From Gemmatimonadaceae bacterium (GTDB lineage Bacteria > Gemmatimonadota > Gemmatimonadetes > Gemmatimonadales > Gemmatimonadaceae): a stretch of 64,000 bases of DNA. The notes under the pieces were generated by a model that worked only from the letters and a program-made list of their open reading frames with translations, was not told the DNA's origin and did not search any database. Shown piece after piece: positions 38,775 to 46,561 of the stretch; position 1 is the stretch's first letter; each line of letters begins with the position of its first letter. The DNA is taken from NCBI GenBank assembly GCA_039924785.1, contig JBDTAE010000164.1, positions 4,101 through 68,100 of the forward strand, given 5' to 3'. The position numbers and the translations under genes were made by a program.

Positions 38775-39236
38775 ATGCTCACTTCGCCATCGAAAGCCGG
38801 ACGGGTGACACAGCTCGCGATGCTGGCGTCCGCGGTCGCCACAGTCGCGGGTTGCGCAGGTGAGCTGTCGACGGCGAGCAATCGAACGACGCTCTACGTC
38901 TTTGCAGACTACGCTTCGCCCGACGTTGCCGTGTCGATCAACGGCGTGTCGCTCGGCACCATCACCAAGCAGTACGCCGGCAGCACGAGCTGCGATACGC
39001 TCGCCGCAACGGGTTCTGCCGGTGGCGTGTTCGCGACGACGGTGTCCGGGGATGTGCACTATTCGATCAACTGGACATACGCAGCGGGAAAGCCCGATTC
39101 AGCCGCGTTCACGGCGACCGGCGAGTTTTTCCAGTACCCATGTCTGTTGCAGGGAATCGAAGCGCCCACCGCCGACCTCGCGCCCTCGCCGCTGCGCGGT
39201 TCACCGCACGGAGTGCTACCGGGCCAAGAGCGCTGA
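38775..39236 (+). CDS. Hypothetical lipoprotein
   Basis: Lipobox TVAGC after a hydrophobic leader. 153 aa, no family recognised. Confidence 0.55.
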   Translation: MLTSPSKAGRVTQLAMLASAVATVAGCAGELSTASNRTTLYVFADYASPDVAVSINGVSLGTITKQYAGSTSCDTLAATGSAGGVFATTVSGDVHYSINWTYAAGKPDSAAFTATGEFFQYPCLLQGIEAPTADLAPSPLRGSPHGVLPGQER

Positions 39237-39311
39237 CATCACCCGAAGCGCGAACATCGCTACACTGACTACTATGACCGAGGCAATCGGGACCACACGC
39301 TTCCAAAGCAT
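39216..39311 (-). CDS. Candidate 31-aa hydrophobic mini-protein (below the ORF-track cut-off)
   Basis: Translated by hand: ATG at 39311 preceded by AGGAG with a 9-nt spacer. Product MLWKRVVPIASVIVVSVAMFALRVMSALLAR, stop TAG at 39216-39218. About 70 percent GC at third positions. Overlaps the 3' end of the convergent lipoprotein gene by 21 nt. Confidence 0.25.
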   Translation of the reverse strand: MLWKRVVPIASVIVVSVAMFALRVMSALLAR

Positions 39312-39418
39312 GCCGAGCGTCTCCTGATGAGTGTGTTTGTAAGATCTACGTCAGGCATCGGCAATTGGATTTCAGCGGTCGCGTGCAACCTTAGGCTCGA
39401 CGAATCGTCAAGCGAGAG

Positions 39419-40108
39419 ATGCGCGCGATAGCTTGGTGGGCCTCATTGGGATTGATCGGCGGCGCGGCCTGCGCGCGCCCCGTCTTGTACTACCCAACGT
39501 CCACTCCGGCACGGTCAGCGACGAAGGCGGCTGCGGCTGCTCCGGCGGCTTCCCCGCCTTCACCATCTTGGAGTGGAAATCCGACGTTGATGATGGTGAG
39601 CGGGTCGAGCATGTCCGACGTCGACTACCTTCGCGCGCGGTCAATCGTCGTGCCCGTCGCCGGCGCGGACATGACCCGCGTCGAAGACAGCTTCAGCGAC
39701 CCGCGCGACGGCGAGCGCGTGCACCGGGCGATCGACATTCTCGCTCCCCGCGGAACGCCGATCCTCTCCGCGGACGACGGCAAGATTCTTCGAATGACCA
39801 CGAGCTCACTCGGCGGTATTTCGATGTACACCGTTGACCCCGTGAACCGGCTCGTTTACTACTATGCTCATATGGAGCGGTACAACGACGGAATGTCGGT
39901 TGGCCGCGTCATCTCCAAGGGCGATACCCTCGGTTTTGTCGGGACGACGGGCAATGCTCCGAAAGACACGCCGCATCTCCATTTCCAAGTGATGCGCTGG
40001 CCGTCGGACGGCAAATACTGGAACGGCGACCCGATCGATCCGTTCGAGGCCCTCGGCGGCGTGCATCACGCCGGCTCGCTCCGACGCGAAGATTTTGATC
40101 TGCGCTAA
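39419..40108 (+). CDS. M23-family (LytM-type) peptidoglycan endopeptidase
   Basis: HRAIDI, GNAPKDTPHLHFQV zinc-ligand motifs. Signal/lipoprotein-like N-terminus. Confidence 0.85.
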   Translation: MRAIAWWASLGLIGGAACARPVLYYPTSTPARSATKAAAAAPAASPPSPSWSGNPTLMMVSGSSMSDVDYLRARSIVVPVAGADMTRVEDSFSDPRDGERVHRAIDILAPRGTPILSADDGKILRMTTSSLGGISMYTVDPVNRLVYYYAHMERYNDGMSVGRVISKGDTLGFVGTTGNAPKDTPHLHFQVMRWPSDGKYWNGDPIDPFEALGGVHHAGSLRREDFDLR

Positions 40109-40116
40109 CTTTCGAA

Positions 40117-40428
40117 ATGGCTCTTACATCGAAAGAACGCGCCGCCCTCCGCGCCGAGGCGCACCGACTATCCGCCCTCGTGCACGTGGGTCAGCACGGA
40201 TTGACTGACGCACTGCGCCAGACCGCGGATGATGCGCTCCGCACGCACGAACTGGTGAAGTTCCAGCTAACGAAAAACGCCGACGTCACGGCGAAAGAAG
40301 CGGCGAACGCCTTGGCCGATTCGCTCGGCGCCGACGTGGTGCAGGTCATCGGAAAGACTGCGACGCTCTATCGCGAAAATTCGGAGCTCAAGAGCAAGAA
40401 TGGCGTGCCGCCGTGGCGGCAATCGTAA
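40117..40428 (+). CDS. yhbY: YhbY-like CRM-domain RNA-binding (ribosome assembly) protein
   Basis: LTSKERAALRAEAHRL...VHVGQHGLTDAL...ELVKF... and GKTATLYR match the YhbY pattern. Confidence 0.8.
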   Translation: MALTSKERAALRAEAHRLSALVHVGQHGLTDALRQTADDALRTHELVKFQLTKNADVTAKEAANALADSLGADVVQVIGKTATLYRENSELKSKNGVPPWRQS

Positions 40429-40443
40429 GTCGGGCGCCTGCGA

Positions 40444-41004
40444 TCAAACGAACTTCACGAAGCGCAAAGCAACCGAGTCGATGCAGTATCGGAGGCCGGT
40501 CGGCTTCGGGCCATCGCTGAATAGGTCGCCGAGGTGCGCGTCGCAGCGCCGACAGGTGACTTCGCTCTCGACGTCGCCGGGACTCGGCTTGCCGTGATGA
40601 ACATTCTCTTCCGCGATCGGTTGCCAGAAGCTTGGCCAGCCGGTTCCTGAATCGAACTTCACGGCGGAGTCGAACAGCGGTGTGTCGCAGCATATGCAGC
40701 GGAACAGTCCCTTCTCGTGCAGGTTCCAATAAGCGCCAGTGAATGGACGTTCAGTGCCACGCTCGCGAGCGATCTCGAATGCAAGCGGCGCAAGTTGTTT
40801 GCGCCACTCCGCGTCTGTCTTGACGATTTTGGGAACTTTGATTGTTCCCTGGCGCTCGCCCTTGTCGGAAAACTGGACGATGGTGACCTCGACAGGCGCG
40901 AGTGGACTGCGGCGCAGGAGCGCGGCCGCGGCGGTCGCGACGATGAATTCCCGGCGGGTGAAGCTGTTCTCGAACACGGACATGAGGTTCTCCATCAAGG
41001 ACAC
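40444..41004 (-). CDS. msrB: Peptide-methionine (R)-S-oxide reductase MsrB with a Tat-type signal
   Basis: TRREFIVATAAA twin-arginine leader. CxxC pairs RCICCDTPLF and CRRCDAHLG. GWPSF and RYCIDS motifs. Confidence 0.9.
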   Translation of the reverse strand: MSLMENLMSVFENSFTRREFIVATAAAALLRRSPLAPVEVTIVQFSDKGERQGTIKVPKIVKTDAEWRKQLAPLAFEIARERGTERPFTGAYWNLHEKGLFRCICCDTPLFDSAVKFDSGTGWPSFWQPIAEENVHHGKPSPGDVESEVTCRRCDAHLGDLFSDGPKPTGLRYCIDSVALRFVKFV

Positions 41005-41094
41005 CTGGGGAGTTTAGCAGGGGTTGCGCCACGGGGCGACCGGTCGGAGGTTGGCTGTGGCCGAACTCCTTCACCTTCCCTCCGTCGCGGATAC

Positions 41095-42165
41095 ATGCGC
41101 TCTCTTCCGTATCAGTTCGCCGTCGCCTGCACCGGTGCCTCGATCGCTCTCGCGCCGGTCCGCGCCCAAGAGTCCGTTCCAGAGATCAAATTCGACGCAA
41201 ATGTGAGCTTGCTTAAGATGCCGAACGGCGTACACCTGGGCGAAGTCGCCGGCGTCGCGACCAATTCGAAGCACCACATCTTCGTATTCGTCCGCAGCGG
41301 GGAGCGCACGACGGTGCATGGTGCGACGGCGGCGCAATTATTTGAGTTCGGGCCGGACGGTACCTACCTCCGAGAAATCGGCCAGAACCTGTACGGGTTT
41401 GCCTTCGCGCACACCGTGCGCATCGACAAGGATGACAACATCTGGGCCACGGACGAAGGCACGAACATGGTCATCAAGTTCAATCCCGCCGGGCACGTGA
41501 CGATGGTGCTTGGAAGAAAGGAGGAGGCCGTCGAGCCGGCGTCTGCTGCGCCTCCGGGCGGCGCGCGACCGCAGTGGGGCGGATTCAATCGACCGACCGA
41601 CGTTACGTGGGACACGCAGGGCAACATCTTCATCGCCGACGGCTACAACAATTCGCGCGTCGTAAAGGTCGATCCGAACGGCCGATGGGTGAAGACGTGG
41701 GGAACGCGGGGCACGGAACCGGGGCAATTCAACATCTTGCATAGCATTGCCGCGGATGCGAAGGGGAACATTTATGTTGGCGACCGCACCAACCGCCGCA
41801 TTCAGGTGTTCGACAACAACGGGACGTTTCTCAAGCAATACACCATCGATGTTCCCTTCACGAAGCCGGTGAACGTGATGCTCGGCGCCGATCCATCGAC
41901 TGGAAATCCACTGGGTGTGTCCGGCGCGCCCTGGGCGATCTGCATCAATCCCGGCGCATCACAGTTTTTGTACGTGGCCGACGCAGTGCCGGGTCGCATC
42001 TACAAGCTCACGCTTGACGGCAAAGTCGTAGGTGTGCTGGGTGAGGCGGGGAAGGAGCCGAAGCAGTTCGGTTGGATTCACGAGATCGCGTGCCCGTCGG
42101 AGAACGAACTTTATGTCGCCGAGTTGCTGAATTGGAGAATGCAGAAGCTCGTCCTGCATCCTTAG
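41095..42165 (+). CDS. Secreted NHL-repeat beta-propeller protein
   Basis: ATG at 41095, signal peptide ...ALAPVRAQ. Repeated blocks (DKDDNIWATDEG, QGNIFIADGYNNSRVVKVD, GNIYVGDRTNRRIQVFD, LYVADAVPGRIYKL, LYVAELLNWRMQK). Confidence 0.8.
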   Translation: MRSLPYQFAVACTGASIALAPVRAQESVPEIKFDANVSLLKMPNGVHLGEVAGVATNSKHHIFVFVRSGERTTVHGATAAQLFEFGPDGTYLREIGQNLYGFAFAHTVRIDKDDNIWATDEGTNMVIKFNPAGHVTMVLGRKEEAVEPASAAPPGGARPQWGGFNRPTDVTWDTQGNIFIADGYNNSRVVKVDPNGRWVKTWGTRGTEPGQFNILHSIAADAKGNIYVGDRTNRRIQVFDNNGTFLKQYTIDVPFTKPVNVMLGADPSTGNPLGVSGAPWAICINPGASQFLYVADAVPGRIYKLTLDGKVVGVLGEAGKEPKQFGWIHEIACPSENELYVAELLNWRMQKLVLHP

Positions 42166-42204
42166 GACACGGGTCGGCGATAACCTAGCACAAGGAAGAT
42201 CTAC

Positions 42205-42267
42205 GGCGGAATCCGCGGATTCCCGCGGAATGATCCGCGTGGTTCGTGGACTCAGCGGGCTCCGCGG
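42205..42267. repeat. CCGCGGAA-family repeat cluster with a perfect 16-bp palindrome
   Basis: GGAATCCGCGGATTCC at 42208-42223 is a perfect palindrome. CCGCGGAA at 42223, TCCGCGTGG at 42234, TCCGCGG at 42261. It lies immediately upstream of the TldD/PmbA remnant. Confidence 0.85.
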
Positions 42268-42270
42268 CAA

Positions 42271-42680
42271 ATGCTGATCATGAACACCACGTCGACAGGC
42301 TGGACTTCCGCCGGCATTCTCTCGCCACCGACCCTCAGAAAATGTCTTCATCATGACACAGCGTCGTCTGGCGGAACGAAGAGTACCGAAGAACTCATCG
42401 CTGGATGCCGGCGCGGCATTCTCGTCACGCACTTCTTCTACATTCGCTTCCTCGATCAACGAACCATTTTGCCGACCGGCCTCACGCGCGACGGCACGTT
42501 CCTCATCGAGAAGTGCCAGGTCACGCAGGCGGTGAAGAATTCCGATGGAGCGAAAGTCCGCTGTGTCTGATCAGCAAGATCTAAGAACTCGGTCGCGCGG
42601 AGCGGACGGCGACGGGTCAGATGATGCCGGCGATTCGCGCGAAGAACTTCAATCTCTCTTCACCGTCGGACGCCGTTTAG
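42271..42680 (+). pseudogene. 5'-truncated, frameshifted and nonsense-interrupted TldD/PmbA-family metalloprotease remnant
   Basis: Only the C-terminal part is present: GGTKSTEELIAG..RGILVTHFFYIRFLDQRTILPTGLTRDGTFLIEK.QVTQAVKN. It continues in the -1 frame as FRWSESPLCLISKI-TAA(42582)-ELGRAERTATGQMMPAIRAKNFNLSSPSDAV-TAG(42678). The shift lies at the TT run near 42539-42541. Confidence 0.7.
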
Positions 42681-42741
42681 CATCCGCTCATTGTGCCGTC
42701 GCTTCGGCGAGCCGATGAGAACTCTTGACCGCGAGCGACAG

Positions 42742-44325
42742 CTACGGTTTGCAGTTCGGGTACCACACGGGCGTGAATCCATCGGCGAGCAATCGCACCA
42801 CGCTGATGCCGGCGTCGATCACGCCGGCCATGTGATTGAAATCCGCCAGATTGACATCATCGTTCGACTGGTGGTAGTCGGCGTGCAGGTCGAACGAGGA
42901 TAGCGTATGCGCCGGAATTCCCATGCGCGCAAACGCGATGTTGTCGCTGCGTGAAAAGAAGCTCTGATCGGGGCGCGGGTCCTTCACGATTGGCAGTCCG
43001 TGCGCGGCGAGCGTGTCGCCGAGGGTCGAGCGCTCGAATCCGGTCAACCATGCTTTCCCCGGCCCGCCCGCGAGCGCGTCGGGACGATCCATCATCTCGA
43101 TCTCGAGGTTGGCGGCCATCTGCGAGAGCGGACGAACCGGATGCGCGATGTACCAATTGGTGCCGAGCAGACCGACTTCCTCGCCGGTCGTCGCGATGAG
43201 GACGACAGTGCGCTTGGGCGGCGGTCCAGCCTTGAGCGCGCGCGCGATCTCGATCACGGCGGTCGTCCCCGAGGCATCGTCGTCCGCGCCGTTGTAGATC
43301 GAGTCAGTCGAGCCGGCGGGCGGCATAGCGATGCCGAGGTGGTCGTAATGCGCGTCGACGAGAATCACTTGGTTCTTCATCGTCGGATCCGATCCCTCGA
43401 CAATACCGACGACGTTGCCGCCGGTCGCCGGCCGCTCGACGAACTTTACAGAACTATGAATCGTTTTTCCGGCGGCGCCCTTCGCGAGGCCCGTGATCGG
43501 CGCGCCGAGCAGAACCGTTGCCGCGTGCGAGGTGATCGATACCGTGGCAGCCGCAGGCGCCATGGTCGGCGCGGGTGCCGACGGATCCTTCACGAACGCC
43601 GTCCCCGTGTGCTTCGCCCCCCACACCGTGCGCGCCGACAGCTGGTCGCCTTCAATTGTCGCAATACCGGCGGCGTCAGCAAACGCGTTGTTGCCGCCCA
43701 GCCCACCACGTCCGCCGCGACCACCACCGCCGCCGCCGCCGCGCGGAGCCGCAACAACCGGCGCGGCATCCGCCGGAAGATCCCGGCAGCTTGTTGGCGC
43801 TGGCGGTCGGCCGCCACCGCCAGCCGCGCCACCTCCGCGCGCGCCCGTCGCTATCGGTGCCGCGGAAAAGATGACAAGCTTGCCGCGAACCTGATCGGGC
43901 GTGAGAGGATCAGGGTCATTCCGCATTCCGCCGTAAATCACGGCGACGCCGTCAAGCGAGCGCGGTTTCACGCGGCCGGCCGTCACGGCGAAGTCCGATC
44001 CCGCGCGCAGCGTCGTTCCGTCGACGGTAATCGTCGATGAGGGATCGGTCATGCGCGTTGCCATTGGGACGTGCTGAAAAAATCCGCTGTCGCCAGCGGG
44101 CGTCAGACCCGCGGCTTGGAATTGCGACGCGATGAACTTTGCTGCGCGCATCGAACCGCGCGTTCCAGTGCCGCGACCTTCCATGGAATCGTGCGCGAGC
44201 GCCGTGAGAATGAATTTTATGTGGTCGGGTGTGGCGACCGACTTGGTTGATTGCGCGCTCAGAACGTTCGCGCTGAGAGTGAGACCGAGCGCGGCTGCAG
44301 TGCGCAAGAGAGCTGGTGGTTTCAT
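42742..44325 (-). CDS. Secreted M28-family aminopeptidase with PA domain and Gly/Arg-rich insert
   Basis: ATG at 44325, signal peptide. M28 blocks (VDAHYDHLG, GADDDASGTTAVIEIAR, TGEEVGLLGT, ...HQSNDD). Insert RGGGAAGGGGRPP...PRGGGGGGGRGGRGGLGG. Confidence 0.85.
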   Translation of the reverse strand: MKPPALLRTAAALGLTLSANVLSAQSTKSVATPDHIKFILTALAHDSMEGRGTGTRGSMRAAKFIASQFQAAGLTPAGDSGFFQHVPMATRMTDPSSTITVDGTTLRAGSDFAVTAGRVKPRSLDGVAVIYGGMRNDPDPLTPDQVRGKLVIFSAAPIATGARGGGAAGGGGRPPAPTSCRDLPADAAPVVAAPRGGGGGGGRGGRGGLGGNNAFADAAGIATIEGDQLSARTVWGAKHTGTAFVKDPSAPAPTMAPAAATVSITSHAATVLLGAPITGLAKGAAGKTIHSSVKFVERPATGGNVVGIVEGSDPTMKNQVILVDAHYDHLGIAMPPAGSTDSIYNGADDDASGTTAVIEIARALKAGPPPKRTVVLIATTGEEVGLLGTNWYIAHPVRPLSQMAANLEIEMMDRPDALAGGPGKAWLTGFERSTLGDTLAAHGLPIVKDPRPDQSFFSRSDNIAFARMGIPAHTLSSFDLHADYHQSNDDVNLADFNHMAGVIDAGISVVRLLADGFTPVWYPNCKP

Positions 44326-44426
44326 GCGTCGATGATGCACGGTGGACGTGGCAAGATCAATGGCTGGACATGCGGGCGGTCGCGAGAGAGCTTCTTCGAT
44401 CCTCAACCTTCGAGAATATCGCCCTC

Positions 44427-44945
44427 ATGTCTATTCGATCGTGCGGTTTCGCGCTCGTCCTCGCGGTCGCTCCGGCCGTCGGGTTTGCCCAGACCGCTCC
44501 TGTCGCCGCGGCGTTCAAAAACAACGAAGCGGAAATGGCGAAGAATCTGGTCGCCGCAGCGAAGTTGATGCCGGCCGACAAGTACGGATTCAAGCCCACC
44601 CCCGCGCAGATGAGCTTTGGCGAAATCGTCCTCCATCTGGCGGGCGGCAACGACGTGCTCTGCGGCGCGATCGGCGGAGCCAAGGCGCCCGCGCACGCCA
44701 AGGTAACCGCCGCCGACGGGAAGGAGAAACTGGTGGCTGCGCTCGAAACGTCTTTTAAGTTCTGTGATGGCGTCGCCGCCAAGCTCGATGACTCGAAGTT
44801 GAGCGAGGCGCTGGAATTATTCGGCACGAAGATGTCGCGAGCAGCCGCCATCGTCGGAGCGGCGGGCGATTGGGCCGACCACTACAGCCAGTCCGCGATC
44901 TATCTTCGTCTGAACGGCCTGTTGCCGCCCACGGCAAAGAAGTAA
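44427..44945 (+). CDS. DinB-family protein, secreted
   Basis: ATG at 44427, signal peptide MSIRSCGFALVLAVAPAVGFAQ. F..I..H....N and ..DH..Q..IYLR pattern. Confidence 0.65.
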   Translation: MSIRSCGFALVLAVAPAVGFAQTAPVAAAFKNNEAEMAKNLVAAAKLMPADKYGFKPTPAQMSFGEIVLHLAGGNDVLCGAIGGAKAPAHAKVTAADGKEKLVAALETSFKFCDGVAAKLDDSKLSEALELFGTKMSRAAAIVGAAGDWADHYSQSAIYLRLNGLLPPTAKK

Positions 44946-44953
44946 TGCCGCGA

Positions 44954-44998
44954 AATGAAAACGCCGCCGTGACACGATGTCACGGCGGCGTTTTCATT
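44954..44998. terminator. Bidirectional terminator hairpin
   Basis: Perfect 21-bp stem AATGAAAACGCCGCCGTGACA / TGTCACGGCGGCGTTTTCATT with a 3-nt loop, between convergent genes. A/T runs at the stem bases give U-tracts on both strands. Confidence 0.7.
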
Positions 44999-45011
44999 CC
45001 TCTAAACTCCG

Positions 45012-45281
45012 TCAGGCCTTTTTGCGACGACGACAGCCGGCGCCGCCGCCGAGGCCGAAACCGGTCGCGAGCAGTGCGATCGACGCAGGCTCCGGCGTTC
45101 CGACGACCGGCGCCGTAGGCGCACCCGTCAGACGGATGTCGATGGTCGCATCGAGCGTATGGCTGCCCTCCCACTCGTAATAGAAGACGTCCACTTCGAG
45201 ATCGCCTTCGGCAAACCGCGGCGCGTGATTTATGGGCGCCGGGATTGCCGCGCGCTTGATCAACGTGTCGTACCGGTGCAA
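45012..45281 (-). CDS. Small protein ending in a PEP-CTERM sorting signal (no signal peptide seen)
   Basis: C-terminus TPEPASIALLATGFGLGGGAGCRRRKKA has the PEP motif, a TM helix and a basic tail. The only in-frame start is TTG 45281 and the N-terminus is not hydrophobic. Confidence 0.45.
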   Translation of the reverse strand: MHRYDTLIKRAAIPAPINHAPRFAEGDLEVDVFYYEWEGSHTLDATIDIRLTGAPTAPVVGTPEPASIALLATGFGLGGGAGCRRRKKA

Positions 45282-45294
45282 CGATACGTCGCGG

Positions 45295-46503
45295 CTAATC
45301 TCGATACGGCGACGCGGGCGAATCCTCGACCGCGGCGCCGGCCGACTGCTTCGGTGGCCGGGAAATGCCCTTCAAAGCCTTTAGAAAATCCTCGCCGAGC
45401 ACCGATCGTTGCCAGTCTCGTAACTCCGTGACGGTCGCGAGGTCCTCGCGCGTTGTCGGATTCTTCCGCGCAACCGCTTCCATCCGATCCCGCGCGCACA
45501 AGACGCCAGGATCGAGATCGAGCCGCGTCGCGGTCGCGTCCCGCACGACTTTCAGCGCATTCACGCGCGTGTCGAAATGCGGATCGCGGTCCCACCGCGG
45601 CGACTTCGGAAAACGCGGAAGATCGCTCTCGGGCACCGCAAGTCCGCGGCGCACCGCGTCGAGCAACTCGTCTCCGCGCGACTCGAGCAATCCGCGAGGC
45701 ATTCCCTTGATGGCCGCGAGCGCGTCCTTCGTCGACGGCTGCACGCGCGCCACTTCGAGCAGCTGCTCGTTGCCAATCACGCGAAACGTCGCGCGATCGA
45801 GCTGGCGGGCGATCGAATCACGCCACGGCGCAATTTCGCGGAGCAGGCCGAGCTCGCGACGCGTGAGATCGCGCGCGCCTTTGATGCGAAGAAACGCGTT
45901 CGCGGGATCGTCGTTCGGCCACTTGGTGCCCTCGAGCAATCCGAACTCCTCGCGCGCCCAATCCCAACGACCCGCGTTCTCGAGCTCCTGCTTCAACTGA
46001 TCGCGAAGCTGCAGGAGGTGGATCGTATCCTGCGCGGCGTAGTCGAGCATGCCCTGCGGCAGCGGACGCATGGACCAGTCCGCACGCTGATGCTTCTTGT
46101 CGAGCTTTACCCCGAAATACTTGTCGAGCAACGCCGCGAGCCCGAACGCGCGAAAGCCGAGCAACTGCCCCGCTACACGGGTATCGAAAATGTTGCGAAT
46201 GTTCCACGCATAGTCCTGGTGCAGCAGACGCAGATCGTAGTCGGCGTCGTGGAACACGACTTCGACATTTGGATCCTCGAGCATCTTTCCCAAGCCCGCG
46301 GGTCGACCGATGGGAATCGGATCCAGAACGGCCGTTCGATCGCGCGTCGAAAGCTGAAGCAGGTAGATTCGATCGATGAACCGGTGAAAGCTCGCGCCTT
46401 CCGTATCCAGCGCGAGAATTCGCGCACCGGCGATCGAATCGGTGAACGCCTCGACGGTTTCCGCCGTGTCGAGATAAATGGGCGTGTGAACAGGGTTGGA
46501 CAC
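45295..46503 (-). CDS. rnd: Ribonuclease D (DEDD 3'-5' exonuclease + HRDC)
   Basis: GTG start. LALDTEG, VFHDADYDL, YAAQDT exonuclease motifs and two HRDC-like regions. Confidence 0.9.
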   Translation of the reverse strand: MSNPVHTPIYLDTAETVEAFTDSIAGARILALDTEGASFHRFIDRIYLLQLSTRDRTAVLDPIPIGRPAGLGKMLEDPNVEVVFHDADYDLRLLHQDYAWNIRNIFDTRVAGQLLGFRAFGLAALLDKYFGVKLDKKHQRADWSMRPLPQGMLDYAAQDTIHLLQLRDQLKQELENAGRWDWAREEFGLLEGTKWPNDDPANAFLRIKGARDLTRRELGLLREIAPWRDSIARQLDRATFRVIGNEQLLEVARVQPSTKDALAAIKGMPRGLLESRGDELLDAVRRGLAVPESDLPRFPKSPRWDRDPHFDTRVNALKVVRDATATRLDLDPGVLCARDRMEAVARKNPTTREDLATVTELRDWQRSVLGEDFLKALKGISRPPKQSAGAAVEDSPASPYRD

Positions 46504-46561
46504 GCCAGCAATCTAACCGGCATTCGCGTTGGCAGGCGCAACAATATGACAAAATCAGAAA

